A DNA stretch of 63,857 nucleotides, filler included, from Folioceros fuciformis (GCA_049999805.1; 9 parts of 9 records of this genome joined end to end with filler, not necessarily neighbours in it); one strand, 5' to 3'; positions 50,231-61,440 are shown, numbered from the whole stretch's first letter. Translations and numbers: made by a program. The notes: generated from the sequence alone by a model not told the origin.

Positions 50231-51110
50231 GCGCCTGTGGTAGGCTGCGATGTTGATCGGCTGCGGGTGAAGATCCCCCAAGCCCAGGCGTCTCCTCCTG
50301 TTGTAAATTTGCTTCAGAGCTGCCCAATTTCTAATCGAAATTCGTAGTGAATTGGCCGTCATCCTACAATCCGACATATGCACTCAATTCCTCCTCATAN
50401 NNNNNNNNNNNNNNNNNNNNNNNNNNNNNNNNNNNNNNNNNNNNNNNNNNNNNNNNNNNNNNNNNNNNNNNNNNNNNNNNNNNNNNNNNNNNNNNNNNNA
50501 CAGCCCAGGCGCACTGCCGCAGCGATCCCTCTCCCGGGTCAGCTTGTCCAATCCCGGAAGAAAAGAAATCAGCAGTTGTGTAGCCCGCCAGCTGCCTCGG
50601 AGGAGGGAAATAGGGGTGAGTGGCTGCAATTCCTGTTGGAATTGCTGTTGCTCGTTGTCTCTTTCGTCTGGAGCGACGGTGAGTGGCAACCACAAATTGG
50701 AAGTGGGCACAGGGGCGCGCTGGCCTAGGCATGCACTCCTTCGAGGGTCGGGGGAAACTGGTGCCAGATCTTGTTGTCCTCGCGGTGCGCCTGCTTGGGA
50801 AGTCTGCATTCTAGTCGCGAAGGGAAGGAGAGGCACCGCACCTCTCCCCTTGTTGTTTTTAAAGTTCATTTGGACTTCTTTATGGTCATATTTGCAGGCT
50901 TGCAACTAACATGCAAGCTGCGAAAACGGGAGGGGTTAGCTAGGCTCCCATCAAACCTTCGGGATTAAGCACCCCTGCCCTGGATGAGGGCTTGGATAGG
51001 GGACCTGTATGAGTACTTGATACTTTCTTTTTATTTTAGAATCATTCATGCTTTGATTCCATGTGATCATCTAATCTAGCATAATCAAGACATCATGCTC
51101 AAAAAGATAT

Positions 51111-51440
51111 TTCGTCTTTTTAATCTACAGAAGGTGTATACAGAGTGTCTTAAATAGTGTCATTGGGTATCTCTTCCGAAGAAGCACACGTGTTCGTCTT
51201 TTTAATTTGCAGAAGGTGTATATAGAGTGTCTTAAATAGTGTCATTGGGTGTGTCTTCCGAAGAAGCACACCTGTTCGTCTTTTTAATCTATGGAAGGTG
51301 TATACAGAGTGTCTTAAATAGTGTCATTGGGTGTCTCTTCCGAAGAAGCACACCTGTTCGTCTTTTTAATCTGCGGAAGGTGTATACAGAGTGTCTTAAA
51401 TAGTGTCATTGGGTGTCTCTTCCAAAGAAGCACACCTGTT
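51111..51440. repeat. About 82-bp tandem repeat x4 inside the 5' LTR
   Basis: TTCGTCTTTTTAATCT...GAAGGTGTATACAGAGTGTCTTAAATAGTGTCATTGGG...GAAGCACAC; present only once in the 3' LTR. Confidence 0.88.
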
Positions 51441-52746
51441 CATAATTATTAAACTCTATTAATTACGGTCTCTTCCGAAGAGGCACACTTGTTCGTAATT
51501 ATTAAACACTATTAATTACGGTGTATGGTAATTAGCTGGTTGGCAGGGTTACGGGCAAATTATCCAATCCAAAACAGAAATTAAGAAAAAAGAATATATG
51601 GGAATATGAATGCCGTATATGTATTCAATACGTATCAAATACATTGGGGGGGAGGAGTTGGTGTGTGTGTGTGTGTGCGCTGGCCTAGATAGCGGGAGAT
51701 CACTAGTCGGCGCTCCTCAATCCTGCAGCGCGGGCTGCGGATCAAGCCTGCATGAGCAGAATCGGGACAGGGCAGATGGGAGATGAGAAGGCCGGCAAGG
51801 CTAAGGGACATGGAGGAAGGGTGCAGGGAAGGGACAACAGTGGGGGTAGGCATGGTGATGGGAAATCGGCGTGGGGAGTGGATCGGGGAGGAAATCAGGA
51901 CACACGGGAGGGGAGATGGGAAAGAGATCAGGGAGGAGATGGGGTTGCAGCTGGCCTTGCAATGGTTGGCAAGAACCGGGCTAGCCGAGAAATCAAAAGA
52001 AACAAGGCAGGGGGCGTTGGAGGATGGGATCAGGATGGCAAGGCTTGTAGAGCGGCCGAGATCGGAATGGTGGGGATGGATTGGGTCAAGAAGTCAATCG
52101 GCCATGTCGCTGCTGGTCCCTGTAGCACCCAAATCCTTCAGCTTGGCTCCAGCTCCTCTAGTGTGTACATTTAATCCCAACACTCAAGGATCCGTCCTCG
52201 TACATGCAGCTTGGATCCAAGAAGGAAATGGGGCAAACAAATTGAGAAGGAAGGGGGAAAAGAGGAAGCGGGGAAAGGAAAATGTAGGAGAAGGGAGGAA
52301 GGGAGGGAGAGGAATAGGAAAGGGAGCGACCGCAATTCTGCCCTAGCTAGGGTGTAGCCCTTATGGCCGTTCAGTCAATCGTGCAACCCTTTTAGCCAGC
52401 CACAACCAGACCACCCCGACATATCCCCATATTCCCTCTCCTAGGTTCAAACAATTATTTTATTATTTTATTATTTAATCACCAAATCTAAAGTCAACCT
52501 TCCTGACCCTATGGTCGGGTACTACTTTTCCATGTCTAGGACCAAACCTATACCCACTCTAATAACCAAACCAATTATTTACTGGTTAATTAATTTAATT
52601 AGCCCAAGGAAAAATAAGAAAAATGACCAGAAAATAAAGAAAATTTAGGGAAAGTAATTAGAAAAAGAAAGCCAAACCATACCACTATCAACCCTTTTTG
52701 ACCAAAATAGACAACTATCCCAAACTTTGGAGGTTCATATATGTAG

Positions 52747-53688
52747 ACCCTGAAACAAGCTGAGCAGTACAAAGAGAAGATACTTCCGGAATGCTTCTAA
52801 GAGAATGCAAACGCAGCTAGGAATTGGAAAGAAGTGAAAGACCTTCAGTGTGAACTCGCAAAGGAGGACTATGATGCTAAATTATCGACATTCAAAGTAC
52901 TAAGCAGCAAGCAGAAAGTGAAGTACCATGTGATGACTGGTGATTTGCGAGAAATGGAGGGGTACTTGGGCAGGCGGGAATATAAACTACTCATCTTAGA
53001 TCTTCCATGGGGAAACTATTGCGACGCAAGGGACAAGGAGGTTTGCGTAGAAGACCTGGAAAAAATAATGGAAGGTGTTTAAAAAATTACTGAGAGTCAG
53101 ACCTTTTGGGTAATATGCATGCACAAGCCAGGTCAAATACAAGTCATGAGAGATGGGCTGCAGAAGTGGTGCATGAATGGTCTGGGACAAGGTCTGTGAA
53201 TTCATGACAGTTGGTTATGGTATTCATCCAATGATTGGGATTCAACCCTAAACCCTAAACCCTAAAGCAATGCTCTCAGTAATAGTGCAGCCAAAGACAT
53301 TGGAGCGATGCCTAGGATCATAAAGCACACCGTTGTCATCAAGAAACTATTGAACGTATCCAATGACATGCGAGTTGTCAATCCCTATCAAACGCCGCTT
53401 GGTTTAATGGTGCTCCTTTTTGGGCTCTTTAGCGATAGAGGTGAATGGGTGATTGATGGGTGTGCCGAAAGCAGAAGTAGAGTGCTTGCCGCACTTTTGG
53501 AAGGGCGAAACTCTATAGCCATCAACTTAGACCAATGGCACACTATCTTTATCGAGTGGAGAATAACTGGGCACGAAGTGTTTCCATCGGATGAGGAGGA
53601 GTTGATGACCAAGCTGCATAATAGGGGCCACTCTGTATTCTTTTCTCACAAGTTTGTAAGCAGAAGGTCGGTTAGACCAAGAGCTTAG
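52747..53688 (+). pseudogene. Decayed beta-class N6-adenine/N4-cytosine DNA methyltransferase-like gene
   Basis: GDLRE...YKLLILDLPWG (motif IV-like, DLPW at 52999-53010), then VNPYQTP..LM..LF.LFS..GEWVIDGCAESRS..AALLEGRNSIAINLD (motifs X, I, II). In-frame stops at 52798, 53080, 53197 and 53263. Confidence 0.7.
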
Positions 53689-53914
53689 ACCCTACAAATG
53701 GTCCAAGGGAACACTGCACCTTTGGATTGTCTAGAACTCAGCCAATCTCAAGGGCACGCATTGAAGAAGAGCAAGGGGAAAGGAAACAAGAGAGTGAACA
53801 CTGAAGGTCAAGACACAAGAAAGGGACTGGAGGAACAACCTGGTGATAAGCCATGGGTGCCAGACCATATTGAGACCATATTGAAATAATTTGCAATCTT
53901 AGTTAACTATAGAA

Positions 53915-54400
53915 ATTAAAAGTGGATACATTTTTTTTTCTAGTAATTCCCCTTATTTCTAGGAGGAGCAATAATGGGGATGTGAATCTCTTGTATAACA
54001 CCAACCACCTATGGAAGACCTTGCAATTCAAGAAACTCCACTGCATATGCAATCATGTTTCTCTTTCCAAGCCACGTGATGTAGATATCATGCAACTCAG
54101 AAACCAAGGCTTTACAAAATTCAAAAATAGTATTACAAACTACAATTTTTTTTTGTATCCATACATAGCAATTGCTAACAGTTTGAAGAATCTCTCTAGT
54201 GGCCAACCTCTTTGAGGGTCATAAGAACTCTTGCATCCACAAAGACGGCTTTTCGAAACGTGGTATCTTACTTAAACAACAAAGAGTCAATTTCAGCATA
54301 CAAATACTAAAAGGTGTCTTCATGAACTCACTAATTATTTCTCAACCTCTCATCTTTATAAGACTCAAGGAGCAATTGATATGTGAATCATTGGTTTCCT
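53915..54400 (-). pseudogene. PIF/Harbinger transposase remnant (N-terminal half)
   Basis: Minus strand reads ...DTTFRKAVFVDARVLMTLKRLATREIL...EFCKAL...LQGLP*VVGVIQEIHIPIIAPP, like the F...G+P.V+G.IDG.HIPI.AP of DDE_Tnp_4. Confidence 0.7.
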
Positions 54401-54989
54401 TTTACACAACAAGTTTATCTTTGTTTTCTTTTTCTACTTTTGGACTTAATAACGTTTGGGGAGAAAGGTTTCGCCAACCAAAAGAGATTTCAGCAAAAAT
54501 CTATATAATTTCTTTTTATTTTTATTTTTTTTGGTCTTTTTGTAAATCCTTGATACCATCTTTTACTGATTTCGGTATAGGAACATATCGGTGCATTCAA
54601 GTATGTGCCAAGACCCCATGGGCATGCACTTGTCCACACTAGGAATTGGCTAGTAGGCACTGCTATGTACCAAGATTTGGCTGGCACGCCCTCTACACAC
54701 CAAGAGTAGCTTTGCAGGCCTAACTTTGTGCTAAGAGCCTACTAAGTGCCAAAGTGTACACTAGGAGCCAATTAGCTCACTTAAGTGCACATCCAGTTGT
54801 TGCGCACTAGTCTTAAAAAAATATGGAAAAAAAAGAAGCAAAATCCCCATTTTTCAAGTAGTGGCACGACCAAGTGCGAGCTCAAAAAAATATTTTAAGT
54901 TTTCTTTCTATCTTAATTTTTTTAATTCATTATTTTTCTTGAAGATTATTATTTTTATCATTTTTAACTCTTTCTACACACCTATGTAG

Positions 54990-55206
54990 TGAAGGACCGC
55001 TAGAGGAGCCACATGGTGAAGGAGGAGAGGAGAAAAGAGAGATCACACTCTCATACAGAGTCTCAATAGCAAGGGAACTCAAGGGGGTATTTATACCCTC
55101 TAGAAAAGCTCCCTAGGAAGCTTCTTACGCAACTTCCTACAGATTAGCTTAAGCTAATGTAAACTAATGGTACTTAACTAGACACTAATCTTAGACTAAA
55201 CACATT
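54990..55206 (-). repeat. Partial LTR, family A
   Basis: Matches 269-530. Confidence 0.88.
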
Positions 55207-55306
55207 NNNNNNNNNNNNNNNNNNNNNNNNNNNNNNNNNNNNNNNNNNNNTTAATTAATTAANNNNNNNNNNNNNNNNNNNNNNNNNNNNNNNNNNNNNN
55301 NNNNNN

Positions 55307-56356
55307 GGACTTGCCATGTCGCGCACCAGCCACCCGTTCGCTTCCTTTCTCGTACCTGCCTTGAGCAGCGTTTCCGCGGCTCCCATTCCGCCACGCCTCT
55401 TCAGGGACTCCAGCACCAGTCCCCCTTCCTCCTGTTGGTCGCGCCCGTAGACCCTCCTGATCAACTCCAAGTTCCATTCCTAGAGTCTGCCTCTGATCCC
55501 CTCCTCGCGTACAGGCTCTATCAACCTCAAGGCTCACTCCCTGACCAGTTGGGGTGCTGCATGGTTCCACTTCTGGGTCATAAAAGTTAGACCTAGCTCT
55601 ACCACCAACTTTCCTGCCCTGACCCTCCAGTGCTCTATATTTGGCCACATGAGTAGGTCGATTCGGGGGATAGGAGGTCCCCCCTCCTGTCTAGAGGCTG
55701 CTGCTCCAGGAATCAGTTCAGGCCGCGACCTCATCCTGGCTGTCCTCCTCCCCTCACGCCCGGGCTCGGAACTCTTCTGTCCTAGGACGGTCACGCTCTA
55801 GCTCATCCTCGGTTCGCCCAGCTCTCTCCACCGCTCGCGCCTTGGAGGTCTCCCACTCCCCTGTGCCTGCTCAATCCTCACGCCCTACGCCGTCTGCCTC
55901 GTCGTCCTGGCGCTTTCTCCTCCTTCAGCCGCTTCACGCTTCAAGTTACTCCCGCTCCCCGCGCTGTCGGATGCTGGACAAAGCTCCCTTTTCTCTAGGG
56001 TTTTTATGCCCTACCTGCTTTCTCTCCTTACCGCCCATCGGGCTACCACCAGCATATATAGAGACCCAAGGGGGCCCGGACCACCAAAGGTCATGGACAT
56101 ACTCCACTCATCTACCTACAGACCTGGTCCTTAATGTTCTCAATGACCCGAGAGGCAAGGAGGCACTCGCTCATTCCTCCTCCTTGTCCTGGTCTCCAAT
56201 ACACCTCAAACCCCGAAGCCCAAGAGGGACTTTGGGCATAAACACCCTGGTCTTATTTACTTACTGAGCCGATTCGCCTGTCCCTTCACAAAAAAAATCA
56301 CAACCTCCTCATTCCGTCGCTCAAAATGGGGGTTCCGAAAGTTTTTTTCGTTCACA
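55307..56356 (-). repeat. Gypsy family B terminal repeat (partial)
   Basis: Starts TGTGAACG on the minus strand; inverted copy of 57414-58454. Confidence 0.85.
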
Positions 56357-56425
56357 TGTGCTCATAGACTTAGACTCGTATGTGGTCTATTATGACCACA
56401 TCAACAACAAAATTGTATTATTCTC

Positions 56426-56900
56426 CTAGATGAGAAAAAGGTCAACCTGAAAAGAAACCCTGTGAAGTAACGTATATGGGCGCTCCCTAAAGGTCATAAA
56501 ACCAATCTCTTTGACCAAGGAAAACATGACATCGCACATTGTATTGTACTTAGCAATGCATTGTCCCCCAACAGGGCAATGAGCAAGATGAGAACCAAAG
56601 TTGTTAAGTGGTATGCCCACCGTTGCAAGAAGAGAGAGAGCAAGCCAAAGGTTGGACCAAACCAAGGTGGAACCTCATCATAGTAGAGAATGTGGCTGGT
56701 ACGACTTTGAAAGCCTGGATGCTAGGTCAAACCATGAAACTATGCTCTTTTTTAAGGAAGTAGGTTTTGTGTTCAAACCTTTTAATTATTGCAACCAAAC
56801 TATTGAAATGATTGAAAATGAGACTCTTCCACCCCAAATAGTAGTAGCACATGAATTTTCAATTTTGAACGTGGAGGGTGGTGATTTCACGAACATTGAA
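56426..56900 (-). pseudogene. CRE/R2-type non-LTR retrotransposon C-terminal remnant (Zn knuckle and start of restriction-like endonuclease)
   Basis: ...FSTMMRFHLGL..P...SC.GH / FGSHLAHCPVGGQCIAKYN..CDVM..LVKEIGF...RE.P......VDL. Confidence 0.55.
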
Positions 56901-57061
56901 GACCAATGGCTTTGAAATTTGGACGTCGTACTGAACTTGGAGACAAATCATTATTTGGGGTAACAACTTGGTTCAAGCTATTGACTTAAGATTATGTTAC
57001 ATTTGATTAGGTTGATAGTCTTAGTTTGGTTGGAACATTTTATCTAGGTCACAATTCCTCT

Positions 57062-57225
57062 GGAAATGGGCTAGTAGATCAACACACCAGAGGAAATGGG
57101 CTAGTAGATCAGCACACGAAAATGGGCTAGTAGATCAACACACCAGAGGAAATGGGCTAGTAGATCNNNNNNNNNNCTAGTAGATCAACACACCAGAGGA
57201 AATGGGCTAGTAGATCAGCACACAC
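57062..57225. repeat. About 30-bp tandem repeat
   Basis: GAAATGGGCTAGTAGATCAACACACCAGAG units spanning a 10-N gap. Confidence 0.85.
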
Positions 57226-57413
57226 AGTGAAGTGTATATATGTGACGAACCGAATGTTTTGTTTAAGTGAGTACATGTGGCTTCTAAAAGTATCTTCTTT
57301 ACAAGGTAGTAATCATGTTTAAAAATATACATCCACATGCCCACATTATGTTTTTGACTAAAAAAGGATCAAATCTAGAAATGTGGTTGAGATTACTCGT
57401 TCTTGAAAATGGT

Positions 57414-58454
57414 TGTGAACAAAAAAAACTTTCGGAATCCCCATTTTGAGCGACGGAATGAGCAGGTTGTGATTCTTTTTGTGAAGGGACAGGCGAATCA
57501 GCTTAGTAAGCGAGTAGACCAGGGTGTTTATACCCAAAGTCCACCTTGGGCTTCGGGGTTTGGGGTGTATTGGAGATCGGGACAAGGAGGAAGGAGGAAG
57601 TAGCGAGTGCCTCCCTGACCCTCGAGTCCTTGAGAACATTAAGGTAGGCCAAAGTAAGGGCCGAGACAACGGGGCGATGGTAGCCGGCAGGGCAATCGTC
57701 GCCGGAGGAACGACTGGTGGTAGCCCGATGGGCGGTAAGAAGAGAAAGCAGGTAGGGTATAAAAACCCTAGAGAAAGGGGAGCTTTGTCCAGTATCCGGA
57801 AGCGTGGGGAGCGGGAGTAACTTGAAGCGTAAAGTGGCTGAGGAAGGCGAAAGCGCCAGGATGACAGGACAGACGGCGCAGGGGGTAAGGGTCGAGTAGG
57901 CGCAGGGTAGTGGAAGACCTCCAAGGCGCGAGCGGTGGAGAGATCTGGACGAACAGAGGAAGGGCCAGAGCGCGACCAGGACACAAGAGTTCTGAGTCCG
58001 AGCGCGAGAGGAGGGGCACAGCCAGGATGAGGTCGCGGCCTGAACTGATCTCTGGAGCAGCAGCCTCTAGACAGGAGAGGGGACCTCCTGTCCCCCAAAT
58101 CGACCTACTTCTGTGGCCCAACATGGAGCATTGGAGAGTCAGGGCAGGAAAATTGGTGGCAGAGCTGGGTCTGACTTTTATGACCCAGAAGTGGAACCAT
58201 GCAGCACCTCAGCTGGTCAGGGAGTGCGCCCTGAGGCTGATAGAGCCCGTACGCGAGGAGGGGATCAGAGGCAGACCCCAGAAATGGAACTTGGAGTTGG
58301 TCAGGAGGGTCTACGGGCGCGACCAACAAGAGGAAGGGGGGCTGGTGCTGGAGTCCCTGAAGAGGCGTGGCGGAACGGGAGCGGCGGAAACACTGCTCAA
58401 GGCAGGCACGAGAAAGGAAGCGAACGGGTGGCTGGTGCGCGACATGGCAAGTCC
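57414..58454 (+). repeat. Gypsy family B terminal repeat (partial), containing an ORF from 58027
   Basis: TGTGAAC start; homologous to 28240-28740 and 55307-56356. Confidence 0.85.
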
Positions 58455-58554
58455 NNNNNNNNNNNNNNNNNNNNNNNNNNNNNNNNNNNNNNNNNNNNTT
58501 AATTAATTAANNNNNNNNNNNNNNNNNNNNNNNNNNNNNNNNNNNNNNNNNNNN

Positions 58555-60564
58555 TACGGATGCTGATTATGCAGGGGATATGGACAAAAGGAGGTCCACA
58601 TCAGGTTACGTCTTCATGTGCACAGGAGGGGCAGTCTCATGGCGATCTCGTTTGCAATCATGCATAACGCTATCTACCACAGGGGCCGAGCATGTTGCAG
58701 CAACTGAGGCATGCAAGGAAGCCATATGGCTTGCTCGTCTAGTGGGCGATTTAGGGATCAAGGTTGACCTGCCAGTGTTGCATTGTGATAGCCAAAGTGC
58801 TATTCAATTGGCAAAGAATCCAGTGTTCCATGCGAAGACCAAACATGTGGAAGTGAAGTATCACTTCATTCGAGAGGTGTTGGAAGACAAGAGGGTACAA
58901 CTTGTCAAAGTTCACACCAGTCAAAACCCTGCAGATGTTCTTACCAAGGGGGCTCTCTTCGGAGCAAGACGGATGAATAGGACCATCCAGGAGCGGATGC
59001 GTAGTTTGTTGTCAAACTCTGGATTGCCTAACGGATTTTGGGCCGAAGCAATGGCTACTACGGTGCATCTTATTAACAGATCTCCTAATAGGGCTGTGGA
59101 TGAGCAGGTTCCGGAGGAGATGTGGTATGGAAAGAAGCCGTCATACAAGCATCTACGAGTGTTTGGCTGCGAGGCATACTACCATGTTCCTAAGGAGTTT
59201 CGGGACAAGTTGGCACCCAAGTCCAAGAAATGTATTTTTCTTGGCTATGGTGAATCTGGTGAGATGGGATACCGTCTGTGGGATCCAGAGGCCAAGAGAA
59301 TGGTTCGCAGTAATGACGTGTTCTTCAATGAGACCAAGATGCACAAGAAGCCTACTCCAACTGTGGAGGTGCGACGGGTGGTGTTTCAAGAAGATGGATT
59401 TGACCGTCCTGCGCAGGTTGAACGTCGTGATGTGCAGGAACAAGTTCCTCCACTTGTACAAGAGGAGAGAGTGCAACCAGCTCCGGTCGAGGAGCCATTG
59501 CTTCGTAGGTCAGGAAGGATCTCACGTCCTCCTGACAGGTATGTTGCATCTCTTGATTATGTCATGCTGACGGATTGTGGGGAGCCCTCTTGTTACCAAG
59601 AGGCCATGTCAGTGACTGACAAGGACAAGTGGGAGGAAGCGATGCAGTCGCAGATGGATTCACTCCACAAGAACCAAACTTGGGAGTTGGTTCGGTTGCC
59701 TAAGGGCAAGAAGGCGTTGCCATGCAAATGGGTGTATAAGATGAAGGACATACCCCATTATGGCAAACCTAAGTACAAGGCACGATTGGTTGCGAAGGGT
59801 TTTAAGCAACAGCAAGGTATTGACTTTGATGAAATTTTCTCACCGGTTGTCAAAATGACCACCTTGCGATGTGTTCTTGGTNNNNNNNNNNNNNNNNNNN
59901 NNNNNNNNNNNNNNNNNNNNNNNNNNNNNNNNNNNNNNNNNNNNNNNNNNNNNNNNNNNNNNNNNNNNNNNNNNNNNNNNNTCACGTCCTCCTGACAGGT
60001 ATGTTGCATCTCTTGATTATGTCATGCTGACGGATTGTGGGGAGCCCTCTTGTTACCAAGAGGCCATGTCAGTGACTAACAAGGACAAGTGGGAGGAAGC
60101 AATGCAGTCGCAGATGGATTCACTCCACAAGAACCAAACTTGGAAATTGGTTCGGTTGCCTAAGGGCAAGAAGGCGTTGCCATGCAAATGGGTGTATAAG
60201 ATGAAGGACATACCCCATTATGGCAAACCTAAGTACAAGGCACGATTGGTTGCGAAGGGTTTTAAGCAACAGCAAGGTATTGACTTTGATGAAATTTTCT
60301 CACCGGCTGTCAAAATGACCACCTTGCGATGTGCTCTTGGTCTGGTTGCGAGGCTCGACATGGAACTTGTCCAGATGGACGTGAAGTCGGCATTTTTGCA
60401 TGGTGGTCTCCAGGAAGAGGTATACATGCAGCAACCAGAGGGTTTCATTGAGAAGGGCAAAGAGAATCTAGTGTGCAGGTTAAAGAAAAGCCTTTATGGT
60501 TTGAAGCAGGCGCCCAGGGAGTGGTATTTCAAGTTCCACTCATTTATGCTTTCTCAAGGCTACA
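58555..60564 (+). mobile_element. Tork-like Copia pol pieces: RNase H fused to integrase-RT, plus a duplicated RT start
   Basis: RNase H at 58555-58966, then RMNRTI...FWAEA...CIFLGY...YKARLV; 59982-60340 repeats 59521-59881. Confidence 0.88.
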
Positions 60565-61017
60565 NNNNNNNNNNNNNNNNNNNNNNNNNNNNNNNNNNNN
60601 NNNNNNNNTTAATTAATTAANNNNNNNNNNNNNNNNNNNNNNNNNNNNNNNNNNNNNNNNNNNNACTACAAAGTAATTGAAGGCACGAAACCCGAAGCGT
60701 CAGGCCATCATGGTCATGTCTTTGTTTGCATCATGTTAAGCTCAAAGTCACCGTGGTGTCCATGATCTGAGCTCTAATAACAGAGTACCTAGCCGTAATG
60801 CATGCCATTCCGAATCACTATAATCTCACTGCAGCATAACTGTAACTATTTGTATTCCAGCTGTATACAACACAAATACCTTGCGCGAGTTACTTGACAA
60901 CGCCTTATACCTCACAATGCGTATCAAGTTACATTGCATGGTTGCTTGTGTTTTGAGAGGACAGCATAGCAGTGCGCATTGAAAGCAAGCTTCGTAGTTC
61001 ACGCTCCATAGTGCACG

Positions 61018-61440
61018 ATGAGGATTGATCTCCAAGTGGTGCTTGCTCAGTTGGAAGAAGATAAACCTATGCAACTTGGATATGTGCCGCTGTGCATTGT
61101 TGTTAAGGATTATGATGCAGGCTCACATGTGTATAGAGGGTGTGTTACTTGTTTCACAATGATCTCCCCAAATGGTTGGTGCAAAAAGTGTAAGGAAGTT
61201 GTAAGTGGCAAGCTGCATTATCGTTTACGACTACTGCTTGCAGATTCAAGTTCCAAGACATGGGCAACCGCTTTCTAAACTAGAAGGGATTTTATGAGGT
61301 TGACTCCGGAGTAGTTCAGTATGAAAGAAGTGAGAGGAGAAGCCTCAACTTTGCTTAGAAGGTTGCAAGGAAGGCATTTCTTTTGCCTCTTCTCCAATAA
61401 GAGAGCCACTGCTCACCACCCTGCAAGCGTTATTATTTTA
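61018..61440 (+). pseudogene. RPA1 C-terminal OB-fold/Zn-ribbon-like remnant (possible Helitron cargo)
   Basis: YRGC..C.......C..C.......YRLRLLLADSSSKTWATAF matches the Rep_fac-A_C pattern. Confidence 0.6.

Larger units (their letters stand above)
47666..51576 (-). mobile_element. Non-autonomous gag-protease-only Copia-type LTR element (TR-GAG-like)
   Basis: TSD GAAAT (47661-47665, 51577-51581); LTRs at 47666-47920 and 51062-51576; degenerate PBS TGGAATCAAAGC (51050-51061); PPT AAGAGGGAG (47921-47929); gag and WYLDSGATVHIC at about 47960-49335; no INT/RT/RH seen. Confidence 0.82.

Noticed and set aside
49633-50968. Many overlapping ORFs
   Set aside because: They arise from high GC content and N runs; no domain was recognised.
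51752-52346. G/A-rich ORFs of 140-187 aa
   Set aside because: Low-complexity, purine-skewed sequence with no recognisable protein family.
57062-57225. Short repeats with variable tails, CRISPR-like
   Set aside because: The spacers are only about 8-12 nt and themselves repeat; there are no cas genes and the context is eukaryotic.
59982-60340. Apparent tandem duplication of the RT start
   Set aside because: It flanks a 100-N gap and is most simply two overlapping paralogous contigs.
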